Below, piece after piece: positions 26,433-38,059 of a stretch of 64,000 bases of DNA. Numbering within the stretch: the stretch's first letter is position 1; the number at the start of each line of letters is the position of its first letter. The translations under genes were made by a program, and so were the position numbers. Below the pieces are notes generated by a model. That model saw nothing but the letters and a program-made list of their open reading frames with translations. It had not been told where the DNA came from and searched no databases. Location of the stretch: the NCBI RefSeq assembly GCF_006345805.1, contig NC_042999.1:153574001-153638000 (forward strand). Direction: 5' to 3'. Origin of the DNA: Octopus sinensis (lineage: Eukaryota).

Positions 26433-26458
26433 GTTTTCGCACACACACGTTATATGTA

Positions 26459-27847
26459 CACAGATGTGACAGAAGTAAATAGACATCCTTATAATCATTA
26501 AAATTTATTTAAATCTGAAATTATACATTCAAATTATTTATTAATTGTTATAATGAGAATATTTAATATTTAGTGGACATGCCCTTTGCATTTTTTAATG
26601 CAAGGACCCTATTAGGCATGTTACTGATTAGATGACGAATATTCTCTTGCGGAATTTCTAGCCAAGTTTCATGCAGTAATCTCAAAAGATCTGACTTTGA
26701 AGATGCTTTCTTGTTCTTTTTTTGAAGTGTCCTGTCCACTATGTCCCAGAGGTGTTCTATAGGGCTCATATCTGGTGACTGGCTTGTCTATGGAAGCTTT
26801 TTAATGCCATTCTCATCCAACAAATCTTGGGTCACTACTGGAGACGATAGGAAGGAGTCCTTTCTGCAATATGGACACATATTTATTTGAGTTTATGTTT
26901 CTATTACACTCCACCAGCTCTGATCAACCATTCCTCCAAATTGCTCCCCAGACCATCGCAGAATAGCTGCCGTGTTTCATTGTTGGCTGCAATCGTTTCA
27001 CATCAAATTCTTGATCACAGAGTCTCCAGACCCACATTTGACCGCTGTCAGGAAATTCAGCAAATTTAGACTCATCAGTGGATATGACAGTGTCCCAAAA
27101 CGCTAGTGGCCTCTCCACCATCTCACTGGCTCAGTCTTTTCTCCGCTTGATGTTGGCTGGTCGAAGAAGTGGCTTCCTTCTTGTTGCTCTGCCATAGTTA
27201 CCAAGTTCAGAGACTGACATCAACCTGTTCTGCTATGCCAGAGGCCTTGCAACGAGGATTATCCTCCACACTTCTCTTGGTAAAGAGAAGGGTCCTATCA
27301 GAGGGTGATGTGGTGAGGTGATGTGGACCCTCCGGTGAATAGCACAATTACTCTATTAAATGTAAGGCGGCGAGCTGGCAGAAACGTTAGCACGCCGGGC
27401 GAAATGCGTTGCCGTATTTCGCCTGTCGTTACGTTCCGAGTTCAAATTCCGCCGAGGTCGACTTTGCCTTTCATCCTTCCGGGGTCGATAAATTAAGTAC
27501 CAGTTACGCACTGGGGTCGATGTAATCGACTTAATCCATTTGTCTGTCCTTGTTTGTCTCCTCTGTGTTTAGCCCCTTGTGGGTAGTAAAGAAATATATT
27601 AAATGTAGAAAGCGGGATCCTAAGGTTTTCTGCGATTTTACGCTGACTATGTCCACCTTCAGAATGACCCACAATACGGCCTCTTTGGAATTCAGACAGT
27701 TCCAAGGCTTCTTTTGTACATGGCATGATTAAACTGTCACATATAGAACCTGAAACATAAAAATATCAATTAATAAAGAATATAAACTTTAACAACTCAG
27801 AATAAACATAAAACGATGTCTTATGGCGTGTCTATTTACTTCTGTTA

Positions 27848-27857
<10 letters not shown>
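26459..27857 (-). mobile_element. Tc1-like DNA transposon relic, interrupted by a SINE
   Basis: TA + TIR cacagatgtgacagaagtaaatagaca (26459-26485) with inverse tgtctatttacttctgt at 27829. Transposase fragments LSEFQRGRIVG (HTH), [42 protein letters not shown]. Confidence 0.92.
27365..27596 (+). mobile_element. Full monomeric SINE-B with 11-bp TSD
   Basis: tattaaatgta at 27354-27364 and 27597-27607; inserted in the Tc1 transposase. Confidence 0.92.
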
Positions 27858-27897
<40 letters not shown>

Positions 27898-28080
27898 GTG
27901 TGTGTGTGTGTGTGTGTATGTGTTATGTGTGTGTGTGTGTGTGTGTATTATGTGTGTGTGTGCGTTTATACAGTATGTATGTATATGTGTGATGAGGTTT
28001 ATTTGTCCTGCCACTACCATCGCTGTATGAAACTAACGAGGACGTAAACGAACTGGTGATGGTTTCTTTACGTCCCCGTT

Positions 28081-28314
28081 TAAGGCGGCGAACTGGCAGA
28101 ATCGTTAGCACGTCGGGCGAAATGCTTAGCGGTATTTCGGCTGCCGTAACGTTGTGAGTTCAAATTCCGCCGAGGTCGACTTTGCCTTTCATCCTTTCGG
28201 GGTCGATAAATTAAGCACCAGTTACGCACTGGGGTCGATGTAATCGACTAAATACCTATGTCTGTCCTTGTTTGTCCCCTCTGTGTTTAGCCCCTTGTGG
28301 GTAATAAAGAAATA
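28081..28314 (+). mobile_element. Full monomeric SINE-B with 20-bp TSD
   Basis: ggtttctttacgtccccgtt at 28061-28080 and 28315-28334. Confidence 0.93.
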
Positions 28315-28451
28315 GGTTTCTTTACGTCCCCGTTACTTTATCAGCTCCATAAATGAAACCGACTCTATCGATGTGATCCATTTTTTAAAATTATTATTGT
28401 GTTATTTATTGATATCCCTACTCTCATTCATTATATTTCCTTTCTTTACAG

Positions 28452-28612
28452 ACGGCAAAGGTTCTGCAATACCTTACCAAACGAGTTTAGATATCATTTA
28501 TGACGCAGTCTGCGAAGCAAGAGTGTTTACTCTGCCAGACGAGGGACGAAATTCGTATACATTTTATGACGGTGCTTTCTGTGCCAGCGGCTACTCCAAA
28601 GATGCCTGTTAC
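28452..28612 (+). CDS. S1A serine protease exon ending at the S1-pocket Asp189 (KDACY)
   Basis: Acceptor tttctttacag|ac; (Y)GKGSAIPYQTSLDIIYDAVCEARVFTLPDEGRNSYTFYDGAFCASGYSKDACY; phase-0 donor gtaact, at the usual S1A intron position just before GDSGGP. Confidence 0.95.
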
Positions 28613-28649
28613 GTAACTGTCATTTTCTTGTTATTATTTCATTACACGT

Positions 28650-28930
28650 GGAGGCGCAATGGCCCAGTGGTTAGGGCAGCGGACTCGTGGTCGTAGGATC
28701 GCGGTTTCGATTCCCAGACCGGGCGTTGTGGGTGTTTATTGAGCGAAAACACCTAAAGCTCCACGAGGCTCCGGCAGGGGTGGTGGTGGCGATCCCTGCT
28801 GTACTCTTTCTCCACAACTTTCTCTCACTGTTTGATCTGCTGGCCTGCTCGCTTAGCCAGCGGGGTGGCGTCAATTGAAGGCTAAAACAATGCGAAGCGC
28901 ATTGTAACCAGCGATGTGTAAAAACATCGG
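28650..28930 (+). mobile_element. tRNA-derived SINE-D
   Basis: Head ggcgcaatggcccagtggttagggcagcggact..ggtttcgattccc followed by a non-tRNA body. Confidence 0.75.
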
Positions 28931-28949
28931 TCACGGTGATCACGGTGGT

Positions 28950-29205
28950 GTGCGTGACTGAGTAGGGAATTCGGCTCACGATCGTAAGGACGTGTGTTCG
29001 AATCCCGGTTTCGCCTTATGTCTTTGAGTAAGAGACTATATTCCTCTGTGACACGCCAAATCTCCCCGAGAACTACTTTACGAGAATGCATGTCTGTGGA
29101 GTACTCAGCCACCTGCACGTCAATTTAACGAGTTGACTGCTGTTCCGTTGATCGGATCAGCTAGAACACTCGTCGTCGTAACCGACGGAGTACCGGTTTA
29201 ATAAC
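28950..29205 (+). mobile_element. SINE-C copy (internally shortened)
   Basis: Head remnant cggctcacgatcgtaag..gttcgaatcccgg; tail gtggagtactcagcca...ccgttgatcggatc...ctcgtcgtcgtaaccgacggagt shared with 26117-26220. Confidence 0.72.
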
Positions 29206-29285
29206 GAAATGCATATATATCATGTTGAAACGATGTAGACATGTATTGGTTTTTCTAATATATTTGTTTTATGTTTATACGGCAG

Positions 29286-29441
29286 GGCGATTCCGGAGGG
29301 CCGCTTCAGTGTTACAGGAACGGCAAGTGGCATATTATTGGAATAATATCATACGGTTACAAATGTGGGGAATATCCAGGAGCCTACGCAAACGTGAATT
29401 ATTTCTACGATTGGATCCAAGACAAAATAAACAACCAGTAA
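29286..29441 (+). CDS. S1A serine protease terminal exon with catalytic Ser and stop
   Basis: Acceptor ggcag|ggc; GDSGGPLQCYRNGKWHIIGIISYGYKCGEYPGAYANVNYFYDWIQDKINNQ*; Ser codon 29292-29294; TAA 29439-29441. This frame is absent from the supplied ORF track. Confidence 0.97.
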   Translation, partial: GDSGGPLQCYRNGKWHIIGIISYGYKCGEYPGAYANVNYFYDWIQDKINNQ

Positions 29442-29526
29442 CAATTACATTTTCTGTCTTCCGTTTTTCTCTTCTTTTAACTTCACCGAGTGACACGACA
29501 ACGATAGTAACAGCAGCAGCTAATGC

Positions 29527-29582
<56 letters not shown>

Positions 29583-29675
29583 TAATAATGATGATGATGA
29601 AGATGATGATGATGATAATCATGATAAAATAATAATAATAATAATAATGATAATAATAATAATAATAATGATAAT

Positions 29676-29692
29676 AATAAATTGGTAATAAA
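29676..29692 (+). promoter_or_regulatory. Candidate polyadenylation signals of the protease gene
   Basis: AATAAA at 29676-29681 and 29687-29692, about 240 nt after the stop; adjacent to an AAT tract, so could be chance. Confidence 0.3.
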
Positions 29693-29805
29693 TTTGTATA
29701 TGAACAATCTAGTGTAATTATTTTAATGGCCTAAAAATGTATACTGTGCCTTTCTCTGCCCTAAGTGTCAGGAAGATACTCGGCAAGAAAATGATAATGA
29801 AAGTG

Positions 29806-29872
<67 letters not shown>

Positions 29873-29951
29873 GTAACGGAACCCATAACAAAACCATGCA
29901 AAAGAACGGCGGACGGATAATCATAAATAATATAAAATAGTTGATTAAGGA

Positions 29952-29986
<35 letters not shown>

Positions 29987-30399
29987 CTATGCAACCCCTT
30001 TCCAAAATAAACTCATACTGTAAATACCCGATAAAACAAACAAAACCTACAACATATGCCATAGAAGGCCGATATCCGACAGAAGAACACAACCTGCACT
30101 ACACAAACAACACACAATATAAAAACTAATACAACCGAAGACTCAAGTACAAAATGTACTGATAAAACACAGTATGCCCCCACCCACCCCGCCAAAAATG
30201 GCAGCACACACCACCCCGCCAGCACAAAGGTACAACAAATGGTGCAATAGAAAGCTGCTTGAACCTTTCAGATGTCGTAAAGTAATAGTGATGATGACGA
30301 TGGTGACGAACGTTACCTTACCTCAGTTTATGGGATACAGTGGGTTTCAAAGAACTCTGGTTGGAACAGCAAAAATGAAGCTGGACCTTTAAGGGAAGG

Positions 30400-31230
30400 C
30401 CTCTCACTCAGCAGTGGATCAGTAAAGATGCAGACTGACCACAGCTGTCATCCTAATACAGTATCAGCAGACAATAGAACAAGGAGGAGGTAGTGGACCA
30501 GCGAAAAAAAACAGGATAGTGATACAATGCTACTTAGAAAGTGAGGTGAACCTACAAGAAAGGGCTATAGAAAACGGATGTTAACATTTTGGGTAAACAA
30601 GGATATGTTTAAGGTGACTGAGCAGAGATTAGTCGATCAAGCTAATGTTATCAGGAGAAGAAAGTGGATGACAGAATTGGAGGGAGAAGAGATCACAAGA
30701 GAACTGGAAAAGAAAGACCAGGCAGTGGCAAAGTCAAACAACAACATAAGAGATACAGCTCTGAGAGAGTTATAAGAATCTAGGAGTATTAGAATCAGAC
30801 AGTGTACTAACTACAAAAATAAAAACGATAATTGAGGAGTATATCAGAAGGCTGAGAAATCTAAGGAAGTCAAAGCTAAATGGTCCGTATCTAGTGATGG
30901 CTGTAGATACTTGGTCAGTATCATTACTTAGATACTCAGCAGTTTTTGTAGATTGGACAAAGACTGAATTAGTAAAGCCAGACAGAAGAACTGGAAAGGA
31001 ATTAAATATGAATGGAGGACTCCACCCAAGGGCAGGAACAGTAAAATTATACTTACCTACAAAGGAAGGTAGAGGATAGCTAATATCAGTAGAAGACTGC
31101 GTGGAGTTAGCTAGAAAAGATATAGACTCCTATGCAGGTAATAGTGAAGAACATTTAGTAAGAGCTGCTAGAGTCACAGCAGGACATAGGGAGACCAAAA
31201 CACCAAACAAGGACGGAAAAAAAAAACGGA
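30400..31230 (+). mobile_element. Internally deleted REL LINE family B (N-terminal domain fused to thumb region)
   Basis: GYRKRMLTFW..EQRLVDQANVIRRRKW runs into ESYKNLGVLE..EEYIRRLR..SKLNG..AVDTW..LRYS..LHPRA..LYLPTKEGRG; no RT core motifs in between. Confidence 0.8.
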
Positions 31231-31383
31231 CAATGTTACACAAATACAACAAAATAATAACAGGACATAACAACAAGTGTCTTTCGACTAAACACGAATT
31301 AAATCAAGCTGGCGTGTGTGGAAATGAAGCCTTACGGCGCAGGGATACGGGATTTCACAAACACAGGGAGGAATATCGCATTT

Positions 31384-31438
<55 letters not shown>

Positions 31439-31620
31439 GTATGTAGTATATGTATGATGTATGTATGTATGTTGTATGTATATATATATACAATATATAT
31501 ATGTATGTATGTATTATATATATATATTATATATATATATAGATATATATATATATATATTATGTATGTATGTATGTATGTAGTATGTATGTATGTATGT
31601 ATGTATGTATGTATTATAAG

Positions 31621-31656
<36 letters not shown>

Positions 31657-32259
31657 TGTGTGTGTGTATTATATCATAAAATAAATTACGAATGAAATGT
31701 ACCTCTGGTACTGTAAACATTATTGGTCGCACATATATAATGTATGTCGTGTATGTGTTTTTTTTTCCTACGCCCATTTGCCGTCGTGTAGGGAACGTTC
31801 CCAGGACGCTGTCCCGTAGCAAATGGGTGTATAAACAAAACATATACATCGTATATGTGCTGATAACTTAAGAGCTGAGTGGTTGGTAAAGTGCACCTTG
31901 GGCGTGGCACCTTGGGGGAGTGTCTTCTACTATAGCCTAAGGCCGACCATAGCCTTGTGAGTGGATTTGGTTGACGGAAACTGAAAGAAGCCCGTCATAT
32001 GTATGTATGTGTATATATGTGCGTGTGTGTGTGTGTATGTGTGTATGTGTGTGTGTTTCCCCCCCACCAACATCACTTGATAACCGATGCTGATGTGTTT
32101 AGGTCCCTGTAACCTAGCGGTTCGGCAAAAAGAACGATAGAATAAGTACTAGGCTTACAAATAATAAGTCCTAAGGTCGATTTGCTCGACTAAAGGCGGT
32201 GCTCCAGCATAGGCGCAGTCAAATGACTGAAACAAGAATAAGAATAAAAGAGAGAGAGA

Positions 32260-32305
<46 letters not shown>

Positions 32306-32782
32306 ATATATATTTTATGCATATTTTATATTTGTTTAAGCGTATATTTGTTTCAAGCCTACACGGCCGTTTGTGTGCCTGCGTACGTACAAAGGTTCAT
32401 TCCAAATGTTGGCACGAGGCCAGCAATCTCGAGGGAAAAGATAAGTCGATTACATTCACTCCAATACTCAACTGGTACTTAATTTATCGACCCCGAAAGG
32501 ATGAAAGGCAAAGTCGATCTCGGCGGAATTTGAACTCAGAACATACGACAGACGAAATATCGCTACGCATTTTGCCCGTCGCGTTTACTAGCAAGCTGTA
32601 TTAACGATACTAAGTTAAGTAGAGTTACCTCCCTTTAACAGTTGCTGTATCACAGGTCTACTTTTTAACCGTTTCAGCAGTAATGCCCTTTTGGTTTAAT
32701 GGAAAGACCGTTCAGAGTGAGAATATATATGCTCGATGGCATATGACTGAAACAAATATAAAAGTATAATAGAATATATATG

Positions 32783-32940
<158 letters not shown>

Positions 32941-33117
32941 ATATATACACATAGATACGAGGAATGGCTGTGTGGTAAGAGGCTTGCTTTCCGATCGCAT
33001 GGTTCCGGGTTCAGTACCACTGCGTGGCACCTTCGGCAAGTGTCTTCTACTATAGCTTTGTGCCGAACAAAGCCTTGTGGATGGATTTGGTAAACGGAAA
33101 CTGAACGAAGATTGTGG

Positions 33118-33237
<120 letters not shown>

Positions 33238-33496
33238 TCTGTGTTTGTGTGTATGTATAATATATGATAATAATAATAATTATAATAATAATAATAATAA
33301 AAATAGGGAGTATAACTCCAAACTTACAAGGGAAAATTCTATTTATTAATTATATATTGTTTATTATTATGTACTTTATTGTGATCTAGGTAAATGTTTC
33401 ATCATATCTTTTATTTTTTCTATATGGTGTGTGATTTAAATCTATCATTGTTTGAATTACATAATAGTGGTTTTTCTCTAATTTATATATATATAT

Positions 33497-33560
<64 letters not shown>

Positions 33561-33568
33561 CGAGAGAG

Positions 33569-33599
<31 letters not shown>

Positions 33600-33699
33600 T
33601 ACGATGAGTAAATTGTCACCGTTTTATATTTTCTTATTTCATGCATGCGCATGTTTTGTTTTTAACTTTGTCTACTACACAGTATAGTAGGATCAGTTG

Positions 33700-34653
33700 G
33701 GCACCGCCTGTGAGAAAAAACATCACCATGACGCAATTCACTCTGCCAGAAATTTGGAAACGACATGCTGTACTTCTTGGTATTCGTGCGGGAAGCTCTA
33801 ATACGAACATTTCAGAGTGTTTGGGATTTGGAATGAGTTAGATGAGTCTAATGGTGATTACGAAGGTACGGTAGCTCGGAAAACTCACTCTGATCATTTT
33901 GATAAGAAAAGAACTCCTGAATTTTTTGGTGAGATCCAGGTCATGATTGTCAACGGTCCCTCCAAGTCAATCAGGCCCATCACCAGGGACATGGGAGTGT
34001 CTGAGTTTCTTATCAGGCAGGTAGTGCATGAAAGCATTCGATATTCCTCATACAAAATGAGAAAGGGCTAATTTTTATCTCAAGCCATCAAGGACAAAAA
34101 GGAAGACCGCATTACGATGCTTTTGAACTAACTCAAACATCCCCTCCTACGATCACGCTTTGGTTTTTATCAGACGAGAAAAATTTCTGCCAGGATGGGA
34201 TGGTGAACACACAGAACACCCGTTGGATTGCCGTATCCCTAGAACATGTAGTGAGAGTGATAAAAATCAAACATCCAGTCAACATCATGGTGTTTGAAGT
34301 GATCACTAGTGATGGCGACGTTATGCCTTCAATTCATCTGCCCACACGGCCTCACACTCAACACGGAAGCCTACATCAAGTGCCTGGAGGAAGTTGCGCT
34401 GCCCTGGGTGAAGAGGATGGTTGCTGGAAGACTCTATGTCTGGCAGCAGGAATCTGCACCATGCCACCCAAGAAGGAGAACCCAATCATGGTGTCAGACA
34501 ATTTTTGCGACCACATTACCCCTACCAGCTGGCCACATACCTCGTCAGATTGCAACCTCATTCATTATGTGTGAGGCGCAGTTGAACGAGAGACCAACAA
34601 AACTCTTCGTAAGGCCAAAGATGAACTAAAGACAATTTATTCACGGCACCCTG
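33700..34653 (+). mobile_element. Tc1/mariner-superfamily transposon relic
   Basis: SDEKNF, NTQNTRW, KHPVNIMVF, NTEAYIKCLEEV..PW, VWQQESAPCH, WP..S.DCN; right end caatttattcacggcaccctg|TA. Confidence 0.85.
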
Positions 34654-35579
34654 TATATATCTAGAGAGAGAGGGGAGATGGAGGGAGGGGGAGAGAAATA
34701 AAGAGAGAAGGGGAGTGAGGGAGAAAGAGATGAGAGATGAGAGCGAAAAAGAATGCGTAGATGTATATACATATATATATACATAGCAGCGGTGGTGCCC
34801 CAGCATGGCCGCGGCCTTCGGGCTAAAACATTTTAAAGGATTTTAAGAATTTATACATACAAACCGGCTCTTTCTCTATTGGCAAAAAATCTTTAAATAA
34901 AACTGATCACATACATACATACATACATACATATATACATACATACATACATACATACATACATAAGCACATATATACATATATACATTCTATGTAGTTG
35001 AAAATGTTTAGTGGAGACAAAATATCGAACGAGAAACCTGCCGACGGAGACGACCCAAATAGTTTATGTTCTGATTATCTCCCTTGAACCATTTCACAGA
35101 AAATAACGATATTTTGTAAATGTCGATGAAATTTATATTACAGTATATATTTTTTGTTCAATTTCTCCTGGAAAATGGAATTCCTATTGGTAAATTTTTG
35201 TAAAACTGACGTAGAGTTGTTCGTTCGGACAGCTAAATCTCTACCTAACCTATACACTCCGTTAGCATTGTGAGTTTCGGTCACGAAAAATTCGATTAAA
35301 ATCAATGACTGCAAAAGAAGAACGAGAGAACGGTGAAGTTTTATCTTATGATTCCTTCAGTCAAGGAAATATGGTCATTGCTGGGGCATCGCCCTGAAGG
35401 GTTTTAGTCCAACAAATCGAGCCCTATGCTTGTGTTTGTTTATTGTTTATTCTGTATTTAACGTCTTTTGCTGAATTGTTAAGTAATGGGGACGCAAACA
35501 TACCAATACCGTGGCAGGCTGCAGGAGATTAATACACCAACATCAGTTGTGAAGTGATGGAGAGGGGCAAAAACAGATA

Positions 35580-35620
35580 CGCGCACACACACAAATATGT
35601 ATATATACACACACATATAT

Positions 35621-35666
<46 letters not shown>

Positions 35667-36660
35667 ACATGTATACATACATTCACTCGCACGCACGCAC
35701 ACACACACACACACATACACACACACTCACACACACACACACCACACACACACACACATATATATATACAATACACGCACACACACATACACACGTACAT
35801 ACACACATACCAGCACAGATGCCCACATATACCTCCAAGAAACAATACACACATGGGCACAGACACACACACAGACATACACGCACGTAAGCGCACACAT
35901 GCACACAAGCACACGCACGCACATTACGCCCACACAACTCAAAAAACTCACATACACACACACACATGCATACACAAATTCACATACACATATAGGCACA
36001 GACACACACACACACACACATATGCACACATAAACATGCGCACACATACGCACGCACACATGCACACCGATGCACACACCCAAAACTCACAACCCCACGG
36101 ATACACGTATATACATCCATATACGCTTACACACACACACACACACATACAAACGCACATGTACACGCACACACAACTGCACGCATATACAACACGCACG
36201 CACATACATACACACACAAATGAACCCACACATACATTCCATACACACGGCACACAATTATACATTCACGCACACAATTATACATACATGTATACACACA
36301 TACGCACGTACAAGCACACACGCACACATACACTAAGTAAAGCACAGTTATTCGCCACACGCCCAAACTCTACGCATACACACACGAACTCACACATACA
36401 TACACACACACACTACAAACAAAACACACACACGATACATGTACATACACACACACACATACTTCAAAGTAATATGTACTGACCTGTCACAGGGACAAAA
36501 AACACCACTCCTTATTCTACTAGCCCTACAAACTAGCCCTACTAATAGCCCTTTGTTTACAGCCACAACCACACACACACGCACACACACACACACTTTT
36601 CATCATTGCACACATACACACACACACACACACGCAGACCTCCGCGCATGCACACTTACA
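35580..36660. repeat. Degenerate (CA)n/(TA)n low-complexity field
   Basis: About 1.1 kb of ca/ta/cg dinucleotide mosaics; source of many spurious ORFs. Confidence 0.95.
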
Positions 36661-36830
36661 CACAGATTCCCCCTCCTACCATTCTGCTGTCTTTGACAAT
36701 ACTACTCTTCTGTCTTTGAAAACATCTTTCTTCACTCTTTTCCTTCCGGTCTTTCAAAATGTGACCTCGTGTGTGCCGCTGGCGATTTTTTTCCTCTGTC
36801 TTCCCTTCTCTGGATCTTTCCTTCACCTAT

Positions 36831-36864
36831 GTTTCCGACGAAGAGCTCCGCTCGAAACGTTAAA
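36831..36864 (+). ncRNA. Minimal type-I hammerhead-ribozyme-like motif (U4C core)
   Basis: gttt-CCGACGA-a-gagc(tcc)gctc-GAAA-c/g-U-U-aaac: stems I and II pair; palindromic loopless stem III (ACGU). Activity untested. Confidence 0.55.
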
Positions 36865-36967
36865 CCCGCCTTCTTTCCTTCTTTCCTGAGCGTCCAATAA
36901 TACTATATTTGTTCCACGTCCTCGCGTTGTTGTGTTTTTTTTTGTGCTTTCTTGTTTGGATTAACTT

Positions 36968-37016
<49 letters not shown>

Positions 37017-37031
37017 ATATATATATATACA

Positions 37032-37164
37032 CTTTATTTAAAAGCAGCAGAAATTCAACAAAAGCTGTTACTCGGAGTTTCACGTTCCCGTTCGTCGGAC
37101 AGGAACGGGAACGTGAAACTCCGAATAACAGCTTTTGTTGAATTTCTGCTGCTTTTAAATAAAG
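37032..37164. repeat. 62-bp inverted repeat (1 mismatch) with 9-nt loop
   Basis: 37032-37093 versus the reverse complement of 37103-37164. Confidence 0.95.
37065..37102 (-). ncRNA. Minimal type-I hammerhead-ribozyme-like motif (U4C core)
   Basis: Minus strand ctgt-CCGACGA-acg(ggaa)cgt-GAAA-ctc(c)gag-U-A-acag: all three stems pair, with a GNRA loop on stem II. Activity untested. Confidence 0.62.
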
Positions 37165-37236
37165 CATATTACTCTACCCCTGGTAGTTGAGTACTCTTTT
37201 TCCACCTGTTTCACAAATATGTGTTTACTCCGGTAT

Positions 37237-37278
<42 letters not shown>

Positions 37279-38059
37279 GACAGGCTTCTTTTAGTTTCCG
37301 TCTACCAAATCCACTCACAAGGCTTTGACTGGCCCGAGGCTATAGTAGATGACACTTACCCAAGATGCTAAGCAATGGTACTGAACCCGGAACTATGTTG
37401 CTGGGAAGCAAGCTCCTTTATTTCATTAAATTTGCCACAAGGGCAGCACACAGAGAGAAGCTTGAGGGCTAGACAGAGACATTAATGGGATGAATGATGA
37501 TGATATATGGATGATAAAGGATGGGAGAAGACGAAAAGCGTCCGCCGACTTTCGCTTCTCTAAAACATTGTTCTTACTCTCTCTTTTACTCTTTTACTTG
37601 TTTCAGTCATTTGACTGCGGCCATGCTGGAGCACCGCCTTTAGTCGAGCAAATCGACCCCGGGACTTATTCTTTGTAAGTCCAGTACTTATTCTATCGTT
37701 CTCTTTCGCCGATCCGCTAAGTGACGGGGACGTAAACACACCAGCATCGGTTGTCAAGCAATGCTAGAGGGGGACAAACACAGACACACAAACATATACA
37801 CACACACATATATATATATACATATATACGACAGGCTTCTTTCAGTTTCCGTCTACCAAATCCACTCACAAGGCATTGGTCGGCCCGGGGCTATAGCAGA
37901 AGACACTTGCCCAAGATGCCACGCAGTGGGACTGAACCCGGAACCATGTGGTTGGTTAGCAAGCTGTTTTCCTTTTTTTAAAAAAAAAACACAATGAGGC
38001 AAAAACCTCTTACACAGTTCAAAATTAAAATAAAACACAAACACGAGGCAATAATCCTC

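Noticed and set aside
28650-28725. tRNA-like sequence (also 8242-8320, 9465-9530, 26360-26432)
   Set aside because: A/B boxes continue into SINE bodies, the acceptor stems do not close, and copies are multiple and diverged: SINE heads, not tRNA genes.
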